A stretch of 60,419 nt of DNA, filler included. It is 7 parts of 7 records of this genome, joined end to end, with 100 filler letters (N's around TTAATTAATTAA, not from the genome) between each part and the next. Parts side by side here need not be neighbours in the genome. Positions count along the whole stretch, not along the records: positions 1 to 5,603 come from SRR31147125_18565; positions 5,704 to 11,278 come from SRR31147125_18567; 5 more parts are not named here. One strand, 5' to 3'. Both the position numbers and the translations under genes were made by a program. Position 1 is the first letter of the stretch. Each line of letters opens with the position of its first letter. The notes under the pieces were generated by a model, which was given only the letters and a program-made list of their open reading frames with translations, ran no database searches and was not told the origin of the DNA. Positions 1 to 10,226 of the stretch are shown here, one piece after another.

Positions 1-1587
1 AGAGCGTAAAAAGCCCTCTTTATCAGCATCTAAAATAGCGACGAGTGAAACCTCGGGTAAATCCAGACCTTCTCTTAATAAATTAATACCTACCAGCACA
101 TCAAATTCTGCCAATCGCAGGTCACGCAAAATGGCAACGCGGTCAAGCGCATCAATTTCAGAATGCAGATATCGCACACGAATTCCGACACCAGCCAGAT
201 AATCTGTCAGATCCTCGGCCATGCGTTTCGTTAAGGTTGTGATTAATACCCTCTCATTGCGGACGGAACGAATATTAATTTCATTCACTAAATCATCAAT
301 CTGCCCTTTTGACGGCCGAACAATAATCTCAGGATCCATTAATCCCGTCGGGCGAATAATTTGTTCGACAATTACACCATTGGATTTTTCCAGTTCGTAA
401 TCTGATGGAGTTGCAGAAACAAAAACAACCTTTTTTACCAGATATTCAAATTCTTCAAATTTAAGAGGCCTGTTATCCAGAGCAGCGGGTAACCTGAATC
501 CATGCTCCACCAGGGTCATTTTTCGTGCACGATCTCCATTGTACATAGCCCGAAGCTGGGGCAGGGAAACATGGGATTCATCAATAATAATAAGAAAATC
601 ATCTGGAAAATAATCCACCAGTGTGAACGGTTTTTCACCGGGTTTTCTTTCAGCAAGGAAACGGGAATAATTCTCAATGCCGGAACAGTATCCAAGCTCT
701 TGCATCATCTCTATATCATAGTTTGTTCTCATTTCCAGACGTTGGGCTTCAAGCAGCTTGTCATTTTTACGAAAATAGGTTAACTGTTCCTCTAATTCAC
801 CCCTGATTTCCTGAATCGCATTCTTTAGACGTCTTTGGGGCGTGATAAAATGTTTCGCCGGATAAATACCAATTTTTTCGAGCTGTGATATAACTTCTCC
901 GGTTAACACATCAACAACAGAAATATTCTCTATTTCATCGCCAAACATTTCTATACGAATAGCTTCCTTTTCGTAAGCGGGTATCACTTCAATAACATCG
1001 CCCCGAACCCGAAACGTACCCCGATCAAAATCAATATCGTTACGAGTATAATGAATCTCTACCAATTTCCTGAGGATCTCATTTCGTTCAATTTGCTGGC
1101 CATTATGTAAAAACACCAGCATCTCCTGCCAATCTTCCGGCCGACCTAAACCATAGATACAGGACACGGAAGCCACAATGACGACGTCCTCTCTGGACAG
1201 CAGTGAACACGTTGCTTTCAGTCTCAGGCGATCAATTTCATCATTAACAGAAGTATCTTTTTCAATAAAAGTATCTGTGGTTGGTACATACGCCTCTGGC
1301 TGGTAGTAGTCATAATAACTTATAAAATATTCGACAGCATTTTCAGGAAAAAAACCTTTTAACTCACCATATAATTGTGCCGCCAGGGTTTTATTATGAG
1401 AAATAACCAAAGTTGGTCTGCCATAACTTTCTATGACATTAGCCATCGTAAATGTTTTGCCACTGCCGGTAACCCCTAAAAGGGTTTGGAAAGGAACCTC
1501 TTTATTCAGACCCTCAACAAGTTGATTAACAGCTTGCGGTTGATCACCCTGCAATGTAAAATCGGATACAAGTTTAAATTTTGCCAT
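1..1587 (-). CDS. uvrB: Excinuclease ABC subunit B (3' end beyond window start)
   Basis: Manual translation from ATG at 1587: [19 protein letters not shown]...[17 protein letters not shown]...[10 protein letters not shown]...[10 protein letters not shown]...[30 protein letters not shown]. Absent from the ORF track because no stop lies inside the window. Confidence 0.97.
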   Translation of the reverse strand, partial: MAKFKLVSDFTLQGDQPQAVNQLVEGLNKEVPFQTLLGVTGSGKTFTMANVIESYGRPTLVISHNKTLAAQLYGELKGFFPENAVEYFISYYDYYQPEAYVPTTDTFIEKDTSVNDEIDRLRLKATCSLLSREDVVIVASVSCIYGLGRPEDWQEMLVFLHNGQQIERNEILRKLVEIHYTRNDIDFDRGTFRVRGDVIEVIPAYEKEAIRIEMFGDEIENISVVDVLTGEVISQLEKIGIYPAKHFITPQRRLKNAIQEIRGELEEQLTYFRKNDKLLEAQRLEMRTNYDIEMMQELGYCSGIENYSRFLAERKPGEKPFTLVDYFPDDFLIIIDESHVSLPQLRAMYNGDRARKMTLVEHGFRLPAALDNRPLKFEEFEYLVKKVVFVSATPSDYELEKSNGVIVEQIIRPTGLMDPEIIVRPSKGQIDDLVNEINIRSVRNERVLITTLTKRMAEDLTDYLAGVGIRVRYLHSEIDALDRVAILRDLRLAEFDVLVGINLLREGLDLPEVSLVAILDADKEGFLRS

Positions 1588-1962
1588 ATAATTAAATAAT
1601 TCTATTTCGAAAATCGTATTAAACAAAAATCTGATTAGTGAAACAAGCTGAAATAGCCTATTTTTTTTAATCGTTTATGCACTTTAAAGAAATAACCGTA
1701 TTATATATGATAGTTACATAATATCATAAAAGGAAATATACAAGAAGTCTGCCAAATTGTCAAGCATGAATTGACAGAGTCCATAGCTCCCAAAAACCGG
1801 AGCGTTGTCCTATTATATATCTTTTGTTCATTTAACAAGGATCATTTCGATCAAGATGCATAAAATAAAATAGTTGTTTTACGTGAAAGTTCACGTCTTC
1901 ATCCATTACACACCTTCAAATTCTATAGAAAAGATTTTCAAAAAAGTTATATAGGAATCGCC

Positions 1963-4308
1963 TTGAAAAAGCATATTATTTCAGTAAGCAGAATTTGGTT
2001 ATTACTCACAATATTTTTTTTATTCTCATCAAAGGCACTATCATCACAACTTTCAGCTGCAATTTGGATTACACGATGGGATTACCAGAATCCTGAGGAT
2101 ATAAAAAAAATTATACAAAATGCAGCCGATTATGGATTTAATAAAATACTCTTTCAGGTAAGAGGTAATGGAACTGTTTTTTACCAATCAAAATTAGAAC
2201 CCTGGTCTGAACAATTCGATTATAAGGATCCAGGCTGGGATCCATTACAATTAGCAATTGATCTTGCACATACTCATGATATTGAGCTTCATGCCTGGGT
2301 GAATGTATACCCAGCCTGGTGCGGTTTCACGCCCCCCAAATCGTATTCCCAACTATATTATACCAGACCGGATTGGTTCCTGAATGATCAATCAGGAAAA
2401 CCGCGGCGGCTCTCTTTTCACTATGCATGGTTGTCGCCAACAAATCCGGATGTACAGGATTATCTGCTGGATGTTTTTGCAGAAATTTACAAAGGTTACA
2501 ATGTTGATGGTTTACATCTGGACTACTTCCGTTATCCCAGCGAAGCCTACTTGCCAGACAAAACATCAAAATTCCTTTTTAGTAAAAAATTTGGTACAAC
2601 TTTTACAAAAGAACCAAAAATCTGGTCAGACTGGTGCAAATCTTCTATCACAGGGCTTTTGGCAAAACTATATAAAAATATAAAATCCCATGATCCAAAT
2701 CTGGTATTAAGCGCTTCTGTCATGGGTAATTATATTAAAGGAGTAAGCCAACATTATCAGGATAGCCATAAATGGCTTGATTTGGGAATTGTGGATGCCA
2801 TCTATCCGATGATCTATACAAATGACAACATTCTTTTTAAAGAACAACTTTTACAGCACAAAAACAATACCCCTGATGGAGACATTTTTCCGGGAATTTA
2901 CGTCTATAATGCAACAAGTTTACAAAATCAGGTAAACCTGGCCTACCAATGTGGCAGCACTGGAATATCACTTTTTTCATATGAAAAACTTTTTCCGCAC
3001 CATCATCCACATAGCTGGATTAAAAATAAAATGCTATCTCAATGGCAACATTTGCTATTACCACCCAAAGGGCAGATATTCGCTGAAAAAACCAGTAATA
3101 CCGGGCCTGTTATTGATAAAGTCCATACCATTCCTTCGACAAATCACCCGGAAACACGGTTTAAAATTGCTGCAAAAATTGCAGATCCGCGGGATATCCC
3201 TGATGATCCTCAGGCTCTAAACAGGCAGGGAGTTTTCCTTTATTATGGAGAAGACTGGCCATACACCAAAGGTCACGCCGTTAAAATGAGCCGCATCAAA
3301 AAATCTGAAAACTGGTATCTGACTGACCAATCCATCCCGGCACAGGATAGTGGGCTGGATTTTCGCTGTCGAATCATAGCCCTGGACAATAACACAAAGT
3401 CAAAAAAGAATAACAAACGAAATATGACTTTTACAGATATTTGGTCTCTTTCAATTTTGAATCCTTATCAGACATACATATCCAAGGGCACATTTGGACC
3501 AATACTTTGGTATCCAACTTGTATTGAAATAGATTCCAGGGGTCGAATATGGATTGGTACAAACGGATCAGACAATAACGCGACTCTGACAGTTCTAAAT
3601 CCAGATGGAACAGAAGCCTTTTTTTCGCCTCTGGATTTCACTAAACTTTACAGCAAAAATGTAAAATCTGTTTCTGAGATAACAAGCCTTGCCTTCTCAC
3701 CTCCTTCGACCATGTGCGTAGCCAGTGGAGATAAAACTCCCAGGATCCATCTCTTAAATACGAATACAGGACAAATAATATCCGAAATCACCCTGAATTT
3801 TATCCCCGGAAAAATGGATTGTGATGCCACAGGACGTATCTTTATTGTGGAGAAAAATATGACTCGCTGGCATGTACTTACATCGTCTGGTATCGAATTA
3901 AAAGGGAGTCCATACGGTTCATATCATAAAGGAACGGATATAGCAGTGCTGGATAACTCGAATCACGTATTTATCAGCGATCGCACAACCAACAGTATTC
4001 AATGTTGGCAGGGGCATATAAATGGAACGATGTCGGATTATGATCAATATGATGATTTAAAAGCAATTGATACTGAGGCGGGAATAATAAAAAGCAATCA
4101 CGATGAATATGTGGCCGTTCCTCACGGTCAGGGAGGTCTGGTAACAATTTTTAACAAAAAAAGTCAACCTGTAGAACATCTTATCGGTTGGCCCTCTAAT
4201 ATAAATGAAACGAAAGATATCGGAATTGCAAAATCGGACAAATCGCTCTATGTCCTGGAAGCTGCTTCTACAGGCCCTTCACATTTATACCTCTGGCTGA
4301 GGAATTAA
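1963..4308 (+). CDS. Secreted GHL10 (DUF187/YddW-like) glycoside hydrolase-like protein with C-terminal beta-rich/propeller region
   Basis: Signal peptide; motifs ILFQVRGNG, WDPLQLAI...HAWVN, VDGLHLDYFRYP, QDSHKWL...VDAIYPMIY typical of GHL10; C-terminal ~270 aa of short beta-strand repeats. Confidence 0.8.
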   Translation: MKKHIISVSRIWLLLTIFFLFSSKALSSQLSAAIWITRWDYQNPEDIKKIIQNAADYGFNKILFQVRGNGTVFYQSKLEPWSEQFDYKDPGWDPLQLAIDLAHTHDIELHAWVNVYPAWCGFTPPKSYSQLYYTRPDWFLNDQSGKPRRLSFHYAWLSPTNPDVQDYLLDVFAEIYKGYNVDGLHLDYFRYPSEAYLPDKTSKFLFSKKFGTTFTKEPKIWSDWCKSSITGLLAKLYKNIKSHDPNLVLSASVMGNYIKGVSQHYQDSHKWLDLGIVDAIYPMIYTNDNILFKEQLLQHKNNTPDGDIFPGIYVYNATSLQNQVNLAYQCGSTGISLFSYEKLFPHHHPHSWIKNKMLSQWQHLLLPPKGQIFAEKTSNTGPVIDKVHTIPSTNHPETRFKIAAKIADPRDIPDDPQALNRQGVFLYYGEDWPYTKGHAVKMSRIKKSENWYLTDQSIPAQDSGLDFRCRIIALDNNTKSKKNNKRNMTFTDIWSLSILNPYQTYISKGTFGPILWYPTCIEIDSRGRIWIGTNGSDNNATLTVLNPDGTEAFFSPLDFTKLYSKNVKSVSEITSLAFSPPSTMCVASGDKTPRIHLLNTNTGQIISEITLNFIPGKMDCDATGRIFIVEKNMTRWHVLTSSGIELKGSPYGSYHKGTDIAVLDNSNHVFISDRTTNSIQCWQGHINGTMSDYDQYDDLKAIDTEAGIIKSNHDEYVAVPHGQGGLVTIFNKKSQPVEHLIGWPSNINETKDIGIAKSDKSLYVLEAASTGPSHLYLWLRN

Positions 4309-4350
4309 CTTACTTTTAATAGCCTCATTTTCGTAGAGTTTGACAACACA

Positions 4351-5226
4351 TTACGAATCAAGTTCGTTTGACTTTCTGACCAACAGGAGCGAGCAGGGTA
4401 AATTCTGCAAAGCCAATTCCATATCATGCGGAACGATACGATTCCATAATCCGGTTCGACTTTTTGACGCAGGAACTATTAACATGCTGGCTTCAAGTTG
4501 CCTGGTAAAGTTCAGTGTTGTGCATCTGGAATTTTCGTAAATACTTTGCATATGGTAAGGTAATCCACAGGATTTGAACTGCTTTAAAAATTCCTCTAAC
4601 TTGATATCTTCACTATGATATATGGCTCTAATTTCTTCGGTATCAACGGGAAAATTTTTCTTTTCTTCCCAGCCTGGCATTCGAAATGAATGAGTCACAT
4701 AAAGATCCCGGGTACCATTCAGAGCAGCGATACTACACGCGATTTGCACGGCGTTTTTTGATTCCTCATCGTACTCGACAGCGCAATGAATTTTGCGAAG
4801 AGGTTGAGGTTTGACTTGTGGATCGGTTTGCAGCAATACAGACATGGGGGCATTGCGTGCCAATCTTCTCGCAACAGATCCTAAATAGTACTTGAACAGA
4901 CCTTCTTTTTTTAAGGCACCGGCAACAATAAGATTCGCGTCATATTCACGGGCAACATCAATCAATGCATCAGCAGGATGTCCTGATCTCACCAGACAAA
5001 TAGGTGGGTGATCCCGGAACTCGGAACGCTCAACAGCTTCTTCCAGGCGAATATGATTTGTAGGATTATCCTCTCCTACATGAACAATAATAGGCCAGGT
5101 ACCTAGAAACTTGAGAAGTCGATGCGCCTCGTTTAATACAGCCACTAGTCTGGGTGAAAAAGCAGCAGCCACCACAGCACGATTGAAAACAACTTTTTTT
5201 TCAGGATCTTCTTTCATTTTTACCAA
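4351..5226 (-). CDS. Universal stress protein (tandem USP domains)
   Basis: GHPADALIDVAREYDANLIVAG...LGSVARRLARNAPMSVLL and a second domain ending LPCSLLLVR. Confidence 0.85.
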   Translation of the reverse strand: MVKMKEDPEKKVVFNRAVVAAAFSPRLVAVLNEAHRLLKFLGTWPIIVHVGEDNPTNHIRLEEAVERSEFRDHPPICLVRSGHPADALIDVAREYDANLIVAGALKKEGLFKYYLGSVARRLARNAPMSVLLQTDPQVKPQPLRKIHCAVEYDEESKNAVQIACSIAALNGTRDLYVTHSFRMPGWEEKKNFPVDTEEIRAIYHSEDIKLEEFLKQFKSCGLPYHMQSIYENSRCTTLNFTRQLEASMLIVPASKSRTGLWNRIVPHDMELALQNLPCSLLLVRKSNELDS

Positions 5227-5603
5227 AATCTAAAATTAATACCAAAAATCTGATAGAATTAAACTAAAAATTTTATATTATTATATAATTTATAAGCAAT
5301 TTAAAATAAAACAAAGAACTATTTTTACTATTTCCCGTTTTTCATGTTAATTTTTAATACAATTGAACCATTTGGCTTATTTTTATAATATACGCGCCAT
5401 CGTGTCCACCTGTTCCAGAATAAACGATAGTCTCATTTAAAATTCCACCACGCGATTCCTGACGACAATGAAATTACAAATTTCGCATGTAAAACCGTGA
5501 TATGTATGATAACCTCTGAATATTCCATTATCGGGTAGGGACATTCCGGATATCTAAAGGAACGTTACCATCAAAAGGTTAGTTTAATTCGAAATTAAAA
5601 AAA

Positions 5604-5703
5604 NNNNNNNNNNNNNNNNNNNNNNNNNNNNNNNNNNNNNNNNNNNNTTAATTAATTAANNNNNNNNNNNNNNNNNNNNNNNNNNNNNNNNNNNNNNNNN
5701 NNN
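5604..5703. other. Artificial contig spacer
   Basis: N44-TTAATTAATTAA-N44, stop codons in all six frames, identical at six positions. Confidence 0.98.
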
Positions 5704-6090
5704 TTCGTTTACCTCGGTACCAGCATCCCAAAGTTTTATCATTGATGTGATGTCTCCGCTAATTGGTGTGTCACCATCATATAAATCAATACCAGAGCCA
5801 GATGGAGCAAAGAATAAATCGTTGGATTTTACAAACATGGTAGCAAAAGATAGCTTATGGCCTTTACCTGCATGAAAAGTAAATTCGTAAGAATTGCCAG
5901 GTCCAGCACCACCAGGAGCGTTTGCGCCAACAGGGGTGTTAAAAAAACCTGAGGCAAAATGAGTTTTCGTTTCCATTACATTTTCAATAGTTACCGTAAA
6001 CATTCCGTAGTCTTTATCTTTATCCTTTTCGCATTGCGTAAATAATAATATTGACAAAGCAGAGCTGAAAAATAATGTTCTTAATTTCAT
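5704..6090 (-). CDS. Spondin_N domain lipoprotein (3' truncated by contig end)
   Basis: ATG at 6090, lipobox-like LLFTQC; motifs FTVTIENV, LSFATMFVKSNDLFFAP, LWDAGTEVNE. Confidence 0.85.
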
Positions 6091-6136
6091 GATATCTATT
6101 TTTAAAAGTTTATGACACAAATCTCCTCGATAAGTG

Positions 6137-6153
6137 TCACGAGTTTCTCACAA
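6137..6153. promoter_or_regulatory. Putative OmpR-family operator (direct repeat, 11-bp period)
   Basis: TCACGA-N5-TCACAA upstream of the spondin gene; the same motif occurs at 8559-8575. Confidence 0.55.
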
Positions 6154-6180
6154 AACCTTAAAACTTTTATAAAGATTTTA

Positions 6181-7659
6181 TCATGCAATTTTTGCAATGG
6201 GTAATGTAAACGTAAAAGTCGTACCCCTCCCCAGTTGGCTAAAAACATTGATTGAAGTATTGTGCAGCTCCATTATTTTTTTAACAATTGCCAGACCAAG
6301 GCCAGTGCCTTCATTATATTTTCTGCCCTTGTAATACCTTTCAAAAATGTGCGGTAAGTCTTCCTGGTTAATTCCTTGACCGGAATCAATTATTTTGAGT
6401 TCAATTTCCTGTGGATTTAGTGAATTTATTTCCAGGTTGATATAATCTTCTTCTTTGCAGAACCGAATCGCATTGTCAATCAGGTTTTGCAGTACCCGGT
6501 CGATAAGCGAAATATCTGCTTCTACGAGCGGGATGTCTTTAGACATAATGGTATTTATGCTTATTCCTTTCTTTTGTGAAATCATTCTGTATTTACCAGC
6601 AATATCCTGCACCAGTTCAGCAATTGAAAATGGTTCCGGATTAAGTTTTGTTTGGTTTGTTTGAAGTTTTGATAATTCAAATAATTCGCTAACCAGTTTC
6701 TTTAATCGTTCGGTACCTTTTACAATGATACTGAGGTAATTTTCCCGCTCGACGTCACTGATGTTATTCTTTTTCATGAGCAAGGTTTCTGCATATCCTT
6801 GTATGGAAGCTACCGGAGTTCTTAAATCATGAGATATATTGTTGATCAATTCTTTTCTCAGGCTGTCTATTCCCTTTAATTCATCGATGTTTTTTTCGAT
6901 GGTATCTGCCATTTCATTGAAGGCGATGCTTATTTTATCAAGATCATCGTTCTTTTTAGCTGGGATTCTTGCAGATAAATCTCCGCCACGAAACTTTTGT
7001 ATCCCGTTGATAATAATATTCAGCTTTTTTGTTATCAACCAAATAGCCAATAACCCAACAATGGCTGTGATAATTAATATAAGAATAATAGAACGGATGG
7101 ATAAACCAAGAATGTAACTTCCCAAAACCATTTGTGCGGCAGAGACATATTCCTGGCTGGCAAGTATGATATAAATATACCCGAGGTGTTTTGAATCTTC
7201 ATATACTTCAGCCGCTGAAAAAATTTTCTTCTCACCCGGATTTCTGGGATCATCACCATAAATGATGCTTTCATTTTCATTAGATAAAAAGTTATTGATG
7301 TGTTCAGGGGAAACGCTTTTCAGTTTTATTAAAGAATCGGGGGCAAAATAGTATAATATTTCTCCATTGTTATCAAGCAGGTATACCTCTACACTTGGGT
7401 TTATAACCATCATGGAATGCATGATGTCGGCCATCGCTGCTTTGTTGATGCTGTCACCAATAAAAGGTTTTACTTCCAGCGGATATTCAGCAAGTTTCTT
7501 GTTTAATTTCTGATTTACCTCTATGGAATAATCCCTCGCTGCTTCAACAGAAATGTAAAGTGTGATAGCAGTAAACACCCCCAGTACCAGTAGAAATATT
7601 ATCGATATTTGCCAAAATAAACGGTTAAACCATCGGCTATTATTTAATTCTTTTCCCAT
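6181..7659 (-). CDS. Sensor histidine kinase (2 TM, HAMP, HisKA, HATPase)
   Basis: H-box NISHDLRTP, N-box NLIDNAI, DSGQGI, GTGLGLAI. Confidence 0.95.
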   Translation of the reverse strand: MGKELNNSRWFNRLFWQISIIFLLVLGVFTAITLYISVEAARDYSIEVNQKLNKKLAEYPLEVKPFIGDSINKAAMADIMHSMMVINPSVEVYLLDNNGEILYYFAPDSLIKLKSVSPEHINNFLSNENESIIYGDDPRNPGEKKIFSAAEVYEDSKHLGYIYIILASQEYVSAAQMVLGSYILGLSIRSIILILIITAIVGLLAIWLITKKLNIIINGIQKFRGGDLSARIPAKKNDDLDKISIAFNEMADTIEKNIDELKGIDSLRKELINNISHDLRTPVASIQGYAETLLMKKNNISDVERENYLSIIVKGTERLKKLVSELFELSKLQTNQTKLNPEPFSIAELVQDIAGKYRMISQKKGISINTIMSKDIPLVEADISLIDRVLQNLIDNAIRFCKEEDYINLEINSLNPQEIELKIIDSGQGINQEDLPHIFERYYKGRKYNEGTGLGLAIVKKIMELHNTSINVFSQLGRGTTFTFTLPIAKIA

Positions 7660-7710
7660 CTTTTTTTATTTTACTTTAACCAGTAATTTAAGTCAAGTGC
7701 CTATTTTGGA

Positions 7711-7783
7711 AATAACCACTGACAAGGTTTAAAACCATTGTCAGGGTATTTGCCCCGTCAGTGGTTATAACCCTGACGGTGGC
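7711..7783. repeat. Pair of REP-like palindromes between regulator and kinase genes
   Basis: CTGACAA-GGTTTAAAACC-ATTGTCAG and CCGTCAG-TGGTTATAACC-CTGACGG hairpins. Confidence 0.6.
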
Positions 7784-7817
7784 TGCAAAAAAACATTTGT
7801 CTTGATAATTTCCAGTA

Positions 7818-8519
7818 TTATAATTCATCATTAAATTTATACCCTACTCCCCAGGTTGTTAAAATAAAAATAGGACTGTTCATATCTTTCTCAATTTTTG
7901 ATCGTAACCTGTTGATGTGAGAATTCACAGTATGCTCAAACCCTTCGAATTCGTAGCCCCAAACACTGTTTAATAATTGCATCCTTGTATACGTTTTACC
8001 GGGATTTGATGCAAGCAATACAAGCAAGTCAAATTCTTTGGGCGATAGCTCAATTCGGTTTTTGTACACTTCAACATGGCGTTTACTAATGTCGATAGAT
8101 AAATCGCTATAGCTTAATTTTTCTTCATCGCCCTTAGGATTTACTTCCGCATTTTGTTCCACTCTTCTTAGCACAGCTTTCACTCTTGCAACAAGTTCTC
8201 TAATGCTAAAAGGTTTGGTAATATAATCATCGGCACCAATTTCTAATCCTAACACTTTGTCTATTTCTTCTGATTTTGAAGTCAACATCATAATGGGTGT
8301 GTTGATTTTTTCCATCCGAACTTTTTTGCAAATTTCGAAGCCATCCAGATGGGGTAGTCGAATATCAAGAATTATCAACTTAAACGAATCGTTAAGAGCT
8401 TTTAGCAGACCTTCTTTCCCGTCAAAAGCTTGCTCTGTTTCAAGGTTTAAATCGCTAAGGTGGATAGAAATGAGATTGGAAATATCCTTGTCGTCTTCAA
8501 TTATAAGAACTTTGTTCAT
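7818..8519 (-). CDS. OmpR/PhoB-family response regulator
   Basis: REC domain (IEDD, LDIRLP, KPF) plus winged helix (HTVNSHINRLRSKIE, TTWGVGYKF). Confidence 0.95.
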   Translation of the reverse strand: MNKVLIIEDDKDISNLISIHLSDLNLETEQAFDGKEGLLKALNDSFKLIILDIRLPHLDGFEICKKVRMEKINTPIMMLTSKSEEIDKVLGLEIGADDYITKPFSIRELVARVKAVLRRVEQNAEVNPKGDEEKLSYSDLSIDISKRHVEVYKNRIELSPKEFDLLVLLASNPGKTYTRMQLLNSVWGYEFEGFEHTVNSHINRLRSKIEKDMNSPIFILTTWGVGYKFNDEL

Positions 8520-8558
8520 TGTTTGAAATCTTAATTACACGAAGGAATAATATAAATA

Positions 8559-8575
8559 TCACAAAATAATCACAA
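8559..8575. promoter_or_regulatory. Putative autoregulatory OmpR-family operator
   Basis: TCACAA-N5-TCACAA, 40-56 bp upstream of the response regulator start. Confidence 0.55.
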
Positions 8576-8731
8576 CAAGTTAAACAAAATAGTGTTTCCT
8601 CACTATTAATGGGGAACACGTCAAAAGAAACAATTTATTAACGTAAGGTGCTTTGTAATTTAAGTTGAAAACTGTTCTTTTGCCAAATTAAAAGATGTAT
8701 TTGTCTGAATATAAATTAAAATAACTAGAAT

Positions 8732-9409
8732 ATGGCGAACCAATTAATGGATCCAATTGGCAGGTTGATGGGCCTGCGTTATAAGTCTCACCCCTGGCAT
8801 GGTGTTGATATCGGTCCGGAAGCACCGGAGAAAATAATTAGTTTTATAGAAATGGTGCCAACCGATACAGTTAAATATGAGGTGGATAAAGTTACCGGTT
8901 ATCTGAGGATAGACCGACCACAGAAATATTCTAATGTTGTTCCCGCACTTTATGGTTTTATACCGCAAACGTATTCTGGTGCCAAAGTAGCAGAATATGC
9001 AATGAGCAAGACTAACAAGAAGGATATTAAAGGAGATGGCGACCCGGTTGATGTTTGTATTTTGACAGAAAAAGATATTACCCATGGTGATATTTTGGTT
9101 AGAACTATACCCATTGGTGGATTTAGAATGATTGACGGAAACGAGGCAGACGATAAAATAATTGGTGTGTTGTATAATGATGCCATGTATGGTGGTTGCC
9201 GCGATGTATCTGAATTACCTGATATTGTTGTTTCAAGGTTGAAACACTATTTTTTAACATACAAAGACTTGCCTGGTAACAAAGCCGATACAGAAATTAC
9301 GCATACCTACGGCGCAGACGAGGCACATGAAGTCATTAAGCGCTCAATGATTGACTATCAACAAAAATTCTCAAGTTTAGACAGGTTGTTGACATCAGCA
9401 ACAACTTAA
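8732..9409 (+). CDS. ppa: Inorganic pyrophosphatase, family I
   Basis: HPWHG, KYEVDK, YGFIPQT, GDGDPVDV, MIDGNEADDKII, HYFLTYK motifs. Confidence 0.95.
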   Translation: MANQLMDPIGRLMGLRYKSHPWHGVDIGPEAPEKIISFIEMVPTDTVKYEVDKVTGYLRIDRPQKYSNVVPALYGFIPQTYSGAKVAEYAMSKTNKKDIKGDGDPVDVCILTEKDITHGDILVRTIPIGGFRMIDGNEADDKIIGVLYNDAMYGGCRDVSELPDIVVSRLKHYFLTYKDLPGNKADTEITHTYGADEAHEVIKRSMIDYQQKFSSLDRLLTSATT

Positions 9410-9416
9410 AATATTT

Positions 9417-9444
9417 AGCTGCCTTTTTAAGGGCGGCTTTTTTT
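9417..9444 (+). terminator. Intrinsic terminator after ppa
   Basis: AGCTGCC...GGCGGCT stem followed by a T-run. Confidence 0.7.
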
Positions 9445-9467
9445 AGCTTAATAGTATGGGGAAATAT

Positions 9468-9640
9468 TAAAGGGCTAAAGCCCAGTTTTTTTTGTTGTTG
9501 TTTCTTATCCGTCAGCTAAAGCAGACGGTAATTAGTAGAATTAATGTTAAAAAACTGCTATTTCTGAGAATAAGCAATATTACCGTCTGCTTTAGCTGAC
9601 GGCAAAAGATTGTATATCTGACTTGGGCTTTAGCCCTTTA
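9468..9640. repeat. Nested inverted repeat of REP-like palindromes at tnpA 3' end
   Basis: Perfect 17-bp IR 9468-9484/9624-9640 (contains GGGCTAAAGCCC) and perfect 24-bp IR 9509-9532/9579-9602 (CCGTCAGCTAAAGCAGACGGTAAT). Confidence 0.85.
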
Positions 9641-10059
9641 TCCGAAACCGTACTTATCTATAAATTCATCGTATTCTTTTGAAAATGGAATCTTTTTATG
9701 ATGTTGTTCCTGATTATTTATATAATCTCTTACAGTCTGCAATTGAGATTGACCGATAGAAACAGCAAAATAATCATCTTGCCAAGAAAATTTAAAAGGT
9801 GTTAATTTATTTTGATTAATCCAAAACGATAATTCTCCTTTTAGTAATTGTAAACAATTCATAATAGTCTGGTCTCTTTTTAAAGAAATAAGACAATGTA
9901 TGTGTTCTGAATAACCATTTATACAATCAATGTAAATTTTTTTGTTACGCTATTTTCTTTTATGTGGTTAAATACAGAATTCCTAATTTCCTTTGTTAAA
10001 TAAGGTTCTCTGTTCTTGGTTGTCCAAACGCAATGCAGCCAGATTTTTGTGTATGACAT
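9638..10059 (-). mobile_element. tnpA: IS200/IS605-family (Y1 HUH) TnpA / REP-associated transposase, frameshifted at an A7 run
   Basis: MSYTKIWLHCVWTTKNREP... then, after a shift at 9937-9943, ...INGYSEHIHCLISL (HUH)...FSWQDDYFAVS...YINNQEQHH (catalytic Tyr). Confidence 0.88.
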
Positions 10060-10142
10060 TTTTGTTGGAAAATTACTAAAAATTCAAATATTATTAATAA
10101 AGACTTTAAGATAATGAACTGAAGCCTTTTTTTGTTTGTGTT

Positions 10143-10170
10143 AAAACCGTCGACCTAAGTTGACGGTTTT
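10143..10170. repeat. REP-like hairpin upstream of tnpA
   Basis: AAAACCGTCGACCTAAGTTGACGGTTTT, with the same CCGTC...GACGG stem as the downstream repeats; may also terminate the M56 gene. Confidence 0.6.
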
Positions 10171-10226
10171 ATATTTAGTAATAAGAATTTAATTGCAAAC
10201 TAAGCTTGGCTAATTTATATATTCTA

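Noticed and set aside
502-783. 93-aa plus-strand ORF
   Set aside because: Antisense to uvrB.
5227-5603. Possible gene fragment upstream of the USP gene
   Set aside because: Only short interrupted frames with no recognisable motif.
5648-5659. TTAATTAATTAA repeated six times as a biological repeat
   Set aside because: Always centred in N-runs of fixed length; it is an assembly linker with stops in all frames.
9937-9943. Programmed -1 frameshift in tnpA at the A7 run
   Set aside because: IS200 TnpA is not known to use frameshifting, and the same homopolymer defect recurs in many housekeeping genes here.
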